Assembly (NCBI GenBank): GCA_021323315.1
Contig: JAJTCQ010000002.1
Coordinates: forward strand, 15,691 to 79,690
Source of the DNA: Gaiellaceae bacterium
GTDB lineage: Bacteria; Actinomycetota; Thermoleophilia; Gaiellales; Gaiellaceae
Length of the DNA: 64,000 nt
Direction of reading: 5' to 3'
The notes under the pieces are model-generated. The model was given only the letters and a program-made list of their open reading frames with translations, did not search any database and was not told the origin of the DNA. The position numbers were made by a program, and so were the translations under genes. This document shows, in pieces, positions 46,665-56,466 of this stretch (within the stretch, counting starts at the first letter, position 1; each line of letters begins with the position of its first letter).

Positions 46665-47707
46665 GCGCCGCGCGTGGCGTCGATCGTCGCCTCGTAGGCC
46701 GCGACGTAGTTCGCGACCATGTGCTCCGGCGAGAAGCGCTCCTCGACCTCGCGCCGGATCACCGCGGGATCAAGGGAGTCGGCGAGCTCGAGCATCTCGC
46801 TGTTCTCCATGTCGCGGTAGTTGTCGACGACGACTCCGGTACGGCCATGGTCGACGATCTCGGGCACCGCACCGCGCCTTGTCGTCATGACTGGTGTTCC
46901 GCACGCCATCGCCTCGATCATCATCAGGCCGAACGGCTCCTCCCAGTCGATGGGCGAGATGAGCGCGCGGGCGCCCATCAGGAGCTCGACCTTGTCGGCG
47001 TGCCCGACCTCGCCGACATACTCGATCGAGCCGCCGAGGTGCGGGCGGATGAACTCGTCGAAGTAGCGGATCTCGAGCGGTTCGCGGCACTTGGCGGCGA
47101 TCTTCAGCGGTATCCCGGTCTCGAGGGCGACGGCCAGTGCACGGTGGGCGCCCTTGTCGGGACTCATGCGTCCGAGGAACACGAGGTAGTCGCCGCCGGG
47201 CTTGCGCCGGAACGGGTACATGGAGAGGTCGAGGGCGTTCGGGCAGTTCCCGATCCACGGGAAGTTCGGCCTCGGCTTCCGCTGGTTCATCGAGATCGAG
47301 ATCAGCTTCGCCTTCGGCGCGAGCGCGAGGACCTGCTCGTACATGCGGCCCGGCTGGCCGTCGAGCGGGCCGTGCACCGTGTGGCAGAACGGAGTCGCCA
47401 CGAGGCCGCCGAAGGCGAGCCCGAGCATTCCCGTGTGGTCGTGGAGGACGTCGAACTCGCCGGCCCTGAGGAACGCGTGCAGCGCGTGCTGCATCTCCCA
47501 GTACGTGTGCCCGATCCACTCGCTCGGCGCCGTGTGGAACACGGATTCGAGCCGTGCGCGTGTCTGTGAGTCGCCCGATGCGAAGAGCGTGACCTCATGC
47601 CCGGCATCGACCAGCCCGTCGGCGAGCAGCGCGACCACGCGCTCGGTGCCGCCATATGCCTCCGGCGGAACCGGGAACCACACGGGACAGATGAGCCCTA
47701 CGCGCAT
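46661..47707 (-). CDS. GT4-family glycosyltransferase
   Basis: 348 aa. N-terminal PVPPEAYGGTERVV and C-terminal EEPFGLMMIEAMACGTPV. Confidence 0.85.
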   Translation of the reverse strand: MRVGLICPVWFPVPPEAYGGTERVVALLADGLVDAGHEVTLFASGDSQTRARLESVFHTAPSEWIGHTYWEMQHALHAFLRAGEFDVLHDHTGMLGLAFGGLVATPFCHTVHGPLDGQPGRMYEQVLALAPKAKLISISMNQRKPRPNFPWIGNCPNALDLSMYPFRRKPGGDYLVFLGRMSPDKGAHRALAVALETGIPLKIAAKCREPLEIRYFDEFIRPHLGGSIEYVGEVGHADKVELLMGARALISPIDWEEPFGLMMIEAMACGTPVMTTRRGAVPEIVDHGRTGVVVDNYRDMENSEMLELADSLDPAVIRREVEERFSPEHMVANYVAAYEATIDATRGA

Positions 47708-47711
47708 CTAC

Positions 47712-48000
47712 TCACACCCTCGGCAATCGTGACATGGCCTCGTTCGACGATGCACGTGCGCAAGACCCCTGAAGGCGCCCGCTGTCGCGGGCGCGTCGCT
47801 TCTGCTCCTCAGGCGCATCACACGCCTTCGGCGATCGTGACATGACCTCGCTCGACGATGCACGTGCGCAAGACCGGAATCTGCGAACGCAGATTCCGGT
47901 CGCGCCGAGACCCCTGAAGGCGCCCGCTGTCGCGGGCGCGTCGCTTCTGCTCTCAGGCGCATCACACGCCTTCGGCGATCGTGACATGACCTCGCTCGAC
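47712..48000. repeat. three direct copies of the debranching-enzyme 3' end plus downstream spacer (units of 108 and 144 nt)
   Basis: The 39-nt gene end tcacacgccttcggcgatcgtgacatgacctcgctcgac occurs at 47962 (the real gene end) and 47818 (identical). A diverged copy starts at 47712. The spacers are near-identical and contain the hairpin GCGCCCGC-tgtc-GCGGGCGC (47775..47794 and 47920..47939). The second spacer carries an extra ~37 nt with an 11-bp hairpin CCGGAATCTGC-gaac-GCAGATTCCGG (47874..47899). Confidence 0.9.
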
Positions 48001-50010
48001 CGAAACGGTCCAGGTCCGACCGTATGCTCGAACGCCCTCGATCCGCAACCCGTCGAGCCAGCTCGGGAGCTCGTCGGTGACGGTCGAGACGAGCCGCTGC
48101 CGCTCGCGATCGGGCTCGATCCCGAGGACGACGCGCACGAGGAGTATCGGCGTGCCCGCCGCCCACGCCTGGGGGCGTGCGGCGGTCGGATACGCGATCG
48201 GGAAGGGCGTCTCGTCACGTGCGTAGCCGGCGAAGACCTCCGGCAGCGACCAGTCGAAGTGCGCCGCCGCCTCGATGAGCGCCCGCGCGATGCGCCGCAC
48301 CTCGGCGGTGTATCCGTGTCGCGCGAGCCCCCAGGCTGCGAGAGACGTGTCGTGCGGCCAGACGGTGCCGTTGTGGTAGCTGATCGGGTTGAAGGCGGCT
48401 GCATCCGACGCCATCGTGCGAATGCCCCACCCGGACCAGAGATCCTCGGAGAGCAGCTGGTCGACGACGGCGCTGACCCGCTCCGGCGGGACGATCCCGC
48501 TCCAGAGCAGGTGCCCCATGTTCGAGGTGCGCGAGTCGACCGGCCGCTTCTGCCCGTCGAGCGCGAGTGCGTAGAAGCCGCCGCGCTCGTCGACCCAGAA
48601 GCCCTCGTCGAAGCGCCTCCGCAGCTCGTCTGCCTCACGCTCGAGGCGTTCCGCGAGCTCCTTGTCGCGCCAGACCTCCCGCGCGACCTCGGCGAGACCC
48701 CGTTTCGCGTCGTAGACGTACCCCTGCACCTCTGCAGCCGCGATCGGCGCCTCGGCGAAGGCGCCGTCCTGGAAGCGCTGCGAGTCCCCCGAGTCCTTCC
48801 ACGACTGGTTCGCGAGGCCGGCGTCGACCTGGCGGCTGTACTCGACGAAGCCGTCGGCGTCGCGGTCGCCGAAGTGATCGATCCACTCGAGCGCGAGCAG
48901 GGCCGGCTCGCGCATCCGTTGCACGAAGGATGCGTCGTCCGTCCAGCGCCAGGTCTCGGCGAGCAGCACGAGATAGAGCGGTGTCGAGTCGACCGAGCCG
49001 TAGTAGCGCGGGAACCAGAACTCCGCGCATCTGCCCGCCCGTACCTCGTGGACGATCTTGCCGGGCTCGGCATCGATCGTCGGATCCTCCTCGTGCGCCT
49101 GCAGCTCCGTGAGCGCGGCGAGCGCGCCGACCGCGATCTCCGGCCCGAGGAGCAGCGTCTGCAGCGACGTGATCGCGGTATCGCGGCCGAAGACGGTCAT
49201 GAACCACGGCATCCCGGCGGCGAACAACGGCCGGCGATTGTCCCCCGTGCGCATACGCAGGGCCGCCAGATCGGCGATCGAGCGGTCGAAGGCGCGTCGC
49301 AGGCTCTCCCAGCCTCCGCGGACCCGCGGGACGCGCAGAGTCCACGCGGCGACGACATCGCCCACCGTCTCGCGCTCGTCGTCGAGCTGCTCCACCGTGT
49401 CCGCGTCGTCCTGGAGCCACGGGAGCACGTCGACACTCAGGTCCCAGCGCTCGTGCGGGTCGAGCGTGAGCGTGTAGGACATCGCGTTGCCGACGAGCGT
49501 GCCCGGCTTCGAGAAGACGAGCCGCGTGCCGAGATCGCCGCGTGAATCGACGATCGAGACCTGACGCCGTTCCTCGTCGTAGGTCGACGGCGCGGGCGGC
49601 GGAAGCGGTTGCGCGTGCTCGGGATCGCCGAGCGAGAAGTCGTGATGCTTGACCGAGATGATGTCCGCGAAGTCCGCTTCGGCCTCGAGCGTAACCGTGA
49701 CCTCGAGCGGCTCGGGGCTCTCGTTTCGCACCCAGATCCGCTCCTGCATGCCCGTCCCGATGAACCGCTCGCGGGCGATCGAGACGCCGTCGCGCGGGAG
49801 GCCGTCCGCTGTTCCGTTGCGGAGGTAGAAGGCCGCCTGGAAGTGCTCGACCCTCCCGGAGGACAGTAGGAGCGGTGTGGCGCCTCCGACCCTGAGCACG
49901 AGCCGCGAGAGGAACCGCGTGTCATGGGCGAAGAACCCGCTCGTCTCCGCCGCGATGTCGCCGCGGTCGTCGCAGATGCAGAACGTCGATCCCTCGAGGA
50001 TCGTCAGCAT
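47962..50010 (-). CDS. amylo-alpha-1,6-glucosidase / glycogen-debranching-enzyme-like protein (GDE_N + GDE_C)
   Basis: 682 aa. N-terminal MLTILEGSTFCICDDRGDI. (alpha/alpha)6-barrel-type C-terminal half with ...FGRDTAITSLQ... and ...YHNGTVWPHDT. Confidence 0.85.
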   Translation of the reverse strand: MLTILEGSTFCICDDRGDIAAETSGFFAHDTRFLSRLVLRVGGATPLLLSSGRVEHFQAAFYLRNGTADGLPRDGVSIARERFIGTGMQERIWVRNESPEPLEVTVTLEAEADFADIISVKHHDFSLGDPEHAQPLPPPAPSTYDEERRQVSIVDSRGDLGTRLVFSKPGTLVGNAMSYTLTLDPHERWDLSVDVLPWLQDDADTVEQLDDERETVGDVVAAWTLRVPRVRGGWESLRRAFDRSIADLAALRMRTGDNRRPLFAAGMPWFMTVFGRDTAITSLQTLLLGPEIAVGALAALTELQAHEEDPTIDAEPGKIVHEVRAGRCAEFWFPRYYGSVDSTPLYLVLLAETWRWTDDASFVQRMREPALLALEWIDHFGDRDADGFVEYSRQVDAGLANQSWKDSGDSQRFQDGAFAEAPIAAAEVQGYVYDAKRGLAEVAREVWRDKELAERLEREADELRRRFDEGFWVDERGGFYALALDGQKRPVDSRTSNMGHLLWSGIVPPERVSAVVDQLLSEDLWSGWGIRTMASDAAAFNPISYHNGTVWPHDTSLAAWGLARHGYTAEVRRIARALIEAAAHFDWSLPEVFAGYARDETPFPIAYPTAARPQAWAAGTPILLVRVVLGIEPDRERQRLVSTVTDELPSWLDGLRIEGVRAYGRTWTVSVERGHVTIAEGV

Positions 50011-50012
50011 GT

Positions 50013-50744
50013 TCAGGTCTCGCGGCGCAGGATCCGGCCTCCGCTCGACTGCGCGAGTGCCTTGATGACCATCTCGTCGATGTTCACGTGCAGCGGGCGT
50101 GTGAGCGCGAAGAGCACGCAGTCGGCAACGTCGTCCGCAGTCAGTGGCTCGACGCCCTCGTACGGGGCCCTCGCGGCCGCCTCGTCGCCCTTGAAGCGGA
50201 CGAGCGAGAACTCCGTCCGGGCGAGGCCGGGGTCGATCGTCGAGATCCGGATCGGGCGCCCGAGGAGGTCTTCCCGCAGTCCGTAGACGAAGCCGCGCAG
50301 CGCGAACTTCGCGGCGACGTACACCGCGGCGTTCTCGTATGCCTGCCGGCCGGCGATCGAGCCCGTGAAGAGGATGTGCCCCTCATCACGGAGGTGGGGC
50401 AGCGCGAGCCGCGTGATCCGGATCGCGCCGTCGACATTCGTGTGGAGCACGGTGGCCTCGTCCCCGGGGTTCGACTCGGTGAACGGGTAGCGGCCGAGTG
50501 CGAGGCCCGCGTTGTTGTAGAGGACGTCGATCCCGCCGAGCGCCTCCACGGCTCCTGCGACGAAGTCGACACAGCTGTCCTCGTCGGTGACGTCGACGCA
50601 CAGGGCGACATCTGCGTCGATCCGCTCCACCCGCCGCGCACCACCGACGACGCGCACGCCCGCGTCCCTCAGCTTCCGGACGGTGGCCGCGCCGAAGCCG
50701 CTGGACGCCCCCGTGACGACGGCTGTCTTGCCGGCCAGATCCAC
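50013..50744 (-). CDS. SDR-family oxidoreductase
   Basis: Motifs TGASSGFGAA, NNAG, and YVAAK (YxxxK). Confidence 0.9.
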   Translation of the reverse strand: MDLAGKTAVVTGASSGFGAATVRKLRDAGVRVVGGARRVERIDADVALCVDVTDEDSCVDFVAGAVEALGGIDVLYNNAGLALGRYPFTESNPGDEATVLHTNVDGAIRITRLALPHLRDEGHILFTGSIAGRQAYENAAVYVAAKFALRGFVYGLREDLLGRPIRISTIDPGLARTEFSLVRFKGDEAAARAPYEGVEPLTADDVADCVLFALTRPLHVNIDEMVIKALAQSSGGRILRRET

Positions 50745-50877
50745 GGCCGGAGACTAGTCCGGCGAGGACACCCTCGTGTCAGAGACCGTGTCCGACACCG
50801 GGCCGCCAAGCGGCATCGCCGCGCGACGGGCTGCCCACACGGCAGGCCCGACCTCGCCCGCAGAGGACGCGGCCGCT

Positions 50878-51318
50878 CTAGCCGATGGTGAGTGACTCGA
50901 TCATGACCGGCTCGAGCGGCCGGTCGCGGCCGTCTCGCTCGACCTCGGAGATGCGGTCGGCCACATCCTGTCCGGACGTGACGCGCCCGAACACGGTGTG
51001 TTTCCCGTCGAGCCAGGGCGCCGCGTCGGTCGTGACGATGAAGAACTGCGAGCCGTTCGTGTTCGGGCCGGCGTTGGCCATCGCCAGGGAGCCGCGCGCG
51101 ACCGGGTGGTGGTTGAACTCGTCCTCGAACGAGTAGCCCGGGCCGCCAGTGCCGTCACCGCGCGGACAGCCGGCCTGGATCATGAAGTCGGGGATCACGC
51201 GGTGGAAGATCAGGCCGTCGTAGAAGCCCTCGCTCGCGAGCTTCCTGAAGTTCGCCACGGTGTTCGGGGCGTCGTCGTCGAACAGCTCGAGCTCGATCGC
51301 CCCTTCGCTCGTGGACAT
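50878..51318 (-). CDS. cyclophilin-type peptidyl-prolyl cis-trans isomerase
   Basis: ATG 51318. Motifs [15 protein letters not shown] and [18 protein letters not shown]. Confidence 0.9.
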   Translation of the reverse strand: MSTSEGAIELELFDDDAPNTVANFRKLASEGFYDGLIFHRVIPDFMIQAGCPRGDGTGGPGYSFEDEFNHHPVARGSLAMANAGPNTNGSQFFIVTTDAAPWLDGKHTVFGRVTSGQDVADRISEVERDGRDRPLEPVMIESLTIG

Positions 51319-51433
51319 GACCGCGATGGACACGGCTGCGACGCTACCAGCCAGCCGGTGCCCGACACCGCAGTCGAGCTTGCCCGTCTGCACTGGCGTG
51401 CCCACGCGGTGCGGTGTTGCGTTCTGACCCTCC

Positions 51434-53845
51434 GTGTCAGACGCCGGTTTCCGAGGACGTACGCCAACATCTGTCCCGAAGAGGCGTCCCTATGCTTCGA
51501 AGGTGGCGACCGAGGCGCAGCCGATGGGGGGATTGCAGCAGGCCGAGAGCTCTGCCGAGCTCGCCAGCCAGTGGCGCCGGCTCACGCGCGCAGCGACCGC
51601 CGTCGCCCTCATCACCGCCCCGGCGGTCGTCGTCTGGCTGAACCAGACCGAAGGCTGGTCGTGGTTCTGGTCGATCGTCGCGGCGCTCGGCCTGGTCGTC
51701 TGCTTCCGCGGCGTCGTCGACATCGTGTTCCATCGACTGATCCCGCGGCCGAGCCTCTTCGGGCTCGAAAGTCAGCAGCTGCGCGAGGAGGACGTCGTCG
51801 CGAGGCGGCGCGTCTGGTTCTGGCGGTTCTGGGTGAAGATGGCGATCGTCGTCGCCGTCATCCTCCTGCCCTTTTATCTCTGGCTCGACGCGGCGTTGCT
51901 CATGCAGATCGTCCCGCTGCTCGTGATCCTCCCGTTCTTCCTCGTCATGAACTTCCTCATCCTCTTCGGGCCGCTCCTCATCATGAACCTCTCGCAGATC
52001 CAGGCCTTCGAGCCCGGCGACGCGGAGTGGGGCGTGAAGCTCGCCGACGTCCGCGGCCAGGCCGAGGCCAAGGAGGAGGTTCGGCGCGTCGTCTCCATCT
52101 GGCAGTCCGGCGAGGCGTTCGAGCGCGCGGGCGGCAAGCGCGAGCGCGGCCTGCTGTTCCTGGGTGCACCGGGCACCGGCAAGACGATGCTCGCGAAGGC
52201 GCTCGCCACCGGCTTCAACTCGCCGTTCATCTCCATTCCCGGCTCCGGCTTCGCGGCGACGTTCATCGGCATCGACGCGATCGTCGTGCGCGTGCTCGCG
52301 CGCCGCGCGAAACGGCTCGCCCGCAAGTGGGGCGGTCAGTGCATCGTGTTCATCGACGAGATCGACGCCGTCGGCATGCGCCGCCAGGCGCTCAATCCCG
52401 GCTTCGGCGGGGCCGCCGGCGCGTCCCAACCCGTCGACGTGCACGACCTGCTCTGGTACGGGTCGCACGGCGCGCTCAACCCCTCCGGCGACCTCATCCT
52501 CGAGAGCCGGCGCTGGCGTGAGCGCCTCTTCGCCGAGCGCGCTCCACAGTCTCCCGGCGCATCGTCGGTCGCCACGCGCCTGAACAACACGTTGAACTTC
52601 ATGTTCCCTGGTGGGATGGGCGGCGGCTCGCTCGCCCTGAACCAACTGCTCGTCGTCATGGACGGCATCGACAACCCGCCGTTCTTCAAGAAGTTCTTCA
52701 CGAACAAGGCGAACACGCTGCTCGACGGCGTCTACATCGTCCCGCGGCGACTCGGCCGCATGTCGCTCCGGCTCCCCGGCGCCCGTCCGCGCAAGGAGCA
52801 GATCTACTTCATCGGCGCGACCAACGTGCCCGTCGACCGGCTCGATCCGGCACTCACGCGCCCGGGCCGCATGGGTCGCCACGTCTGGTTCCGCACGCCC
52901 ACGAAGCAGGATCGTCTCGACATCCTCGACCTCTACCTCGGCAAGGTGTCCCATGCGCAGGAGCTCGACCAGCCGCACCGGCGCGAGGAGATCGCGCGGG
53001 TCACGAACGGGTACGCGCCCGCGATGCTCGAGCAGGTCACGTCGATGGCGCTCACGATCGCGCACCACTCGAACCGTGAGGCCTTGACCTGGGACGATCT
53101 CGTCGAGGCGATGACCACTCTCGAAGCCGGAACCGCCGTCGGCGTCGAGTACATCCCGGAGGAGAGCCGCGCCGTGGCCATTCACGAGGCTGGCCATGCC
53201 GCCGCCGGCCACGCCTACCTGAAGGGCGCGGAGTCAACGCGGCTCTCCATCCGGATGCGAGGCGGCGCGCTCGGCCATCATCAGGCGCTCGAGAAGGAAG
53301 AGCGCTTCAGCCGCTTCCGCTCCGAGGAGTTCGCGCGACTGGTGTGGGCGCTCGGCGCCATGGCCGCGGAGCGCGTGTTCTACGGCGAGAACTCGAACGG
53401 TGTAGGCGGCGACCTCCAGAGCGTGACCGCGCAGGCCGCATTCATGGTCGGAGCGTCGGGAATGGGCCCGGAGCCGTTCGCGATCACGCCGCGTGACGAC
53501 GAGACCGACGAGGAGGCGCGCGACCGCATCCTCGAGCGCTTCGAGAAGATCGGCGTGCAGATGATCAATCGCACGGCCGGCGGCGGACCGTTCAGCGAGA
53601 ACCCCATCGCATCCGTGCTCGGGGACGGCGGCAAGCGCACGATCGCGTGCCAGCTCGTAGGGCAGGCCTACGTCGCGGCCTACAACCTCGTCGTCCACAA
53701 CCGCGAGGCGGTCGAGCACATCGCCGACGTGCTCGACGCGCGGCGCGAGCTCTTCGGCGACGAGCTCCTGAACCTGCTCGACGAGTCGAAGATCACCATC
53801 CCCGAGGTCGATCTGTCCGAGGAGAGCTCGTGGCCGACGATGTGA
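51434..53845 (+). CDS. divergent FtsH-like AAA+ / M41 zinc metalloprotease with 4 predicted N-terminal TM helices
   Basis: Walker A GAPGTGKT, Walker [38 protein letters not shown], zinc site [12 protein letters not shown] plus GGDLQSVT. Start is GTG 51434 or ATG 51524. Confidence 0.8.
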   Translation: MSDAGFRGRTPTSVPKRRPYASKVATEAQPMGGLQQAESSAELASQWRRLTRAATAVALITAPAVVVWLNQTEGWSWFWSIVAALGLVVCFRGVVDIVFHRLIPRPSLFGLESQQLREEDVVARRRVWFWRFWVKMAIVVAVILLPFYLWLDAALLMQIVPLLVILPFFLVMNFLILFGPLLIMNLSQIQAFEPGDAEWGVKLADVRGQAEAKEEVRRVVSIWQSGEAFERAGGKRERGLLFLGAPGTGKTMLAKALATGFNSPFISIPGSGFAATFIGIDAIVVRVLARRAKRLARKWGGQCIVFIDEIDAVGMRRQALNPGFGGAAGASQPVDVHDLLWYGSHGALNPSGDLILESRRWRERLFAERAPQSPGASSVATRLNNTLNFMFPGGMGGGSLALNQLLVVMDGIDNPPFFKKFFTNKANTLLDGVYIVPRRLGRMSLRLPGARPRKEQIYFIGATNVPVDRLDPALTRPGRMGRHVWFRTPTKQDRLDILDLYLGKVSHAQELDQPHRREEIARVTNGYAPAMLEQVTSMALTIAHHSNREALTWDDLVEAMTTLEAGTAVGVEYIPEESRAVAIHEAGHAAAGHAYLKGAESTRLSIRMRGGALGHHQALEKEERFSRFRSEEFARLVWALGAMAAERVFYGENSNGVGGDLQSVTAQAAFMVGASGMGPEPFAITPRDDETDEEARDRILERFEKIGVQMINRTAGGGPFSENPIASVLGDGGKRTIACQLVGQAYVAAYNLVVHNREAVEHIADVLDARRELFGDELLNLLDESKITIPEVDLSEESSWPTM

Positions 53846-54705
53846 TGGGCAAGGCGGCGACGGACGCAAAGCCGGTCTCGTCCAACGGGATGGGAAGCTC
53901 TGTCGTCGCTCGCCCCGAGACGCGCGCCGACCGTGCGCGCCGCCTCGCCTATCGAAGCCGCTTCGCGGCGTTCTACGTCCTGCTCGCCGTCGTCGCGGGC
54001 GCAGGCGTGGGATCGCTGCTCGTCCTCGTCGGCCGCGGGAGCCCCGCCCCCGCTCCCGCCTGGTCGGCGTGGGAGCCCACCGGCAGCGTGGAGCGCCGCT
54101 CCGCCCAGATCGCCGACCACGTCGGCGACCAGTACCGGCTGCCGAGTGGCAAGGCGCTCGTCGCGGTCACGTACTCCGGGCCGCCGACCGTCACGGGCCC
54201 CGACGGATCGAGCTTCCGCGTGCCGGCGATCGCCGTCCGCCCGGACACGAGCGCAGGCCGCGCCGAGTCCGACGACATCGACACTCTCAACGCGGCGAAT
54301 ACCGTCATGTACACCCTCTGCGGGCTCGGCAGCGCGTGCTCGATACCGGAAGGCAAGCCGACGGCCGAGCGCGGACAGCTCCTGCGCCGCGAAGCCCTCG
54401 AGCTCGCGCTGTACTCGTTCCACTACCTCGACGGGATCGACTCGACGCTCGTGCTCCTGCCGCCGCGCGCGGACGGGCAGGCGGCGACGGCCGTCTTCAT
54501 CGAGCGCGGCGACGTGCGCGCGGAGCTCGACCGTCCGCTCGACGAGACGCTGACGGCACCGCTGACGCCGGGGGTCGGCGAGATCCAGGCCGACGAGCAG
54601 AGCGTCATCGACCGCACGACGCGCTCGCGCGTCTACGAGTACAGCTACCTGCAGGCGCAGGACGGCAGCCCGGTGATGGTGCTCACGCCGTCGCTGAGTG
54701 GCTGA
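53845..54705 (+). CDS. hypothetical membrane-anchored protein (single N-terminal TM helix, ~220-aa ectodomain)
   Basis: ATG 53845 overlaps the FtsH-like stop (ATGA). TM segment FAAFYVLLAVVAGAGVGSLLVLV. I recognise no family. Confidence 0.6.
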   Translation: MGKAATDAKPVSSNGMGSSVVARPETRADRARRLAYRSRFAAFYVLLAVVAGAGVGSLLVLVGRGSPAPAPAWSAWEPTGSVERRSAQIADHVGDQYRLPSGKALVAVTYSGPPTVTGPDGSSFRVPAIAVRPDTSAGRAESDDIDTLNAANTVMYTLCGLGSACSIPEGKPTAERGQLLRREALELALYSFHYLDGIDSTLVLLPPRADGQAATAVFIERGDVRAELDRPLDETLTAPLTPGVGEIQADEQSVIDRTTRSRVYEYSYLQAQDGSPVMVLTPSLSG

Positions 54706-55054
54706 CGCCGAGCTTCACGCCGCGCTCGCCCGCGCGCAAACCCGTCTCGACACGCTCGACTTCTACCCCGAGCCGGTGCATGTCGATCGCGTGCGCATCC
54801 ACGTCGCGCCGTGGTTCTTCCGCATCCCGGGGTTCCGCCGCTACCGCGGCTACGCGTTCTGGCGGACGATCTTGCTGAAAGGGCCGAATCCGTCGGACGA
54901 CCTCGTCACGCACGAGCTGTGCCACGTCTGGCAGGGCCAGCACCGGGCGCTGCACATGAGCTGGAAGCAGCTGACGACGCGCTATCGCTCGAATCCGTAC
55001 GAACTCGAAGCGCGGCGCGCCGTCGAGGCAACCCGCGCTGCTCAGGCTCCTTAG
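54698..55054 (+). CDS. small HExxH protein (DUF4157-like putative zinc metallopeptidase)
   Basis: GTG 54698 overlaps the previous gene by 8 nt. 118 aa. Motif THELCHVWQGQH resembles the HELxHVxQ core of DUF4157. Confidence 0.55.
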   Translation: MADAELHAALARAQTRLDTLDFYPEPVHVDRVRIHVAPWFFRIPGFRRYRGYAFWRTILLKGPNPSDDLVTHELCHVWQGQHRALHMSWKQLTTRYRSNPYELEARRAVEATRAAQAP

Positions 55055-56127
55055 CCGGCGAAGAAGTCGTCGACGGGAGGAAACGAGCGCATTTCGTCCC
55101 CCATCGCCCGAGCCGTCTCGCGATAGCGCTCCTCCTCGAGCACGAGCCGGATGCGCTGTCCGATCTGGTCGAGGGAGGAAGCGACGCCCGCCCCCGACAC
55201 CGCAACGCGGACGGCGTTGGACGGCTGATCGCCGAAGAGCGGCACGACGACGAGCGGGCAGCCCGCCGCGAGGGCGCTCAACGTCGTGCCGGTCCCGCCG
55301 TGGCCGACGGCGGCCGAGGCGCCCGCGAGCACATCCGGCTCCGACACCCAGCTCTCCACGTGCACGTTCGACGGGATGTCGCCGAGCTCGACCTCGTTCC
55401 CACCCAGCGTGAGGAGCACTCGGACGGGAAGCTCGGCAGCCGCAGCGAGCGCGGCGCCGTAGACCTGCGCCGCCGGCGGAAACGTCGCGGCGACGCTGCC
55501 GAAGCTCACGTAGACGAGCGGTCGCTCGTCGCCGGGCCGCCACTCCGGCAGCGGCACCGGCGTCGCCTCGGTCGCCGGGTGCCGATAGCGCGTCAACGGG
55601 AATGGCGAGGGGTCGACCTCGGCCGGGAAGTACGACAGATACGGGGAGTCCGCGATCCGCCGGGCGATGCCCGGCTGTCGCTCCTCGAGGGCGGGCGCGG
55701 CGATCGCGATCGAAGCCTCCTCGACGAGGGCGACGCCGGCGGAGATGCGGACGTGAGGAACGGCCTGCCGGTCGGCGGCGATCGCAGACGCGTACTCAGC
55801 CGCCTCGCGCAGCACGAGATCGGGTTTCCACTCCTCGATCGTCTGCTCGAGCGTCGGGAGCATCGCGTCGACGTTCAACGCCGCGAAGATCTGGCCTACG
55901 ACGACGAGGTCGCCCTGTCCCGGAGGGAGCGAGGACATGCGTCCCCACAGCGGCCCGAGGAGCTCGTCCGGCGGCGACGCCCCGGGCTTGAACTCGTAGC
56001 CTCTGGCCTTGAGAGTCGGCGGCCCGACGACCAGCGTCTCGTGCCCGCCGCGCACAGCCGCATCGATGAAAGGGATCAGCGGCCCGAAATGACCGGCACC
56101 TTGCGTCGACGCGAAGAGGACACGCAC
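55051..56127 (-). CDS. GT1-family (UDP-glycosyltransferase / MGT-like) glycosyltransferase
   Basis: GTG 56127 gives VRVLFASTQGAGHFGPL. UDPGT signature GHGGTGTTLSALAAGCPLVVVPLFGDQPSNA. Confidence 0.8.
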   Translation of the reverse strand: MRVLFASTQGAGHFGPLIPFIDAAVRGGHETLVVGPPTLKARGYEFKPGASPPDELLGPLWGRMSSLPPGQGDLVVVGQIFAALNVDAMLPTLEQTIEEWKPDLVLREAAEYASAIAADRQAVPHVRISAGVALVEEASIAIAAPALEERQPGIARRIADSPYLSYFPAEVDPSPFPLTRYRHPATEATPVPLPEWRPGDERPLVYVSFGSVAATFPPAAQVYGAALAAAAELPVRVLLTLGGNEVELGDIPSNVHVESWVSEPDVLAGASAAVGHGGTGTTLSALAAGCPLVVVPLFGDQPSNAVRVAVSGAGVASSLDQIGQRIRLVLEEERYRETARAMGDEMRSFPPVDDFFAG

Positions 56128-56181
56128 GACGCGCGACTGTAGACGACTAGGCTTCCCCAAAAGCAACCTGGGAGGCTCGGG

Positions 56182-56466
56182 ATGGCAATTGCGCGCGTGG
56201 TTTCGTTCGAAGGCGTCGATCGGGATCGAATCGAGCAGGTCAAGAGCGAGATCGAGTCGGGTGAGCGGCCGGACGAGGTGCCGGCGACGGAGTTCCTCCT
56301 TCTCCACGACGCCGACGCCGGAGAGTCGATCGCGATCGTGTTTTTCGACTCGGAGGACGACTATGCGAAGGGCGACGCCACGCTGAACGCGATGCCCACC
56401 GACGACACGCCGGGCCGGCGGACGTCGGTCAGGAAGTACGACGTCGTCGGCCGCATGACCGCCTAG
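56182..56466 (+). CDS. hypothetical 94-aa protein
   Basis: ATG preceded by GGGAGG. Acidic, coding-like codon bias. I recognise no family. Confidence 0.5.
   Translation: MAIARVVSFEGVDRDRIEQVKSEIESGERPDEVPATEFLLLHDADAGESIAIVFFDSEDDYAKGDATLNAMPTDDTPGRRTSVRKYDVVGRMTA

Noticed and set aside
47712-48000. Possible CRISPR array or minisatellite at the 47.7 kb repeats.
   Set aside because: There are only three units, the 'spacers' are nearly identical to each other, the unit includes a gene's 3' end, and there are no cas genes. It is not a CRISPR architecture.
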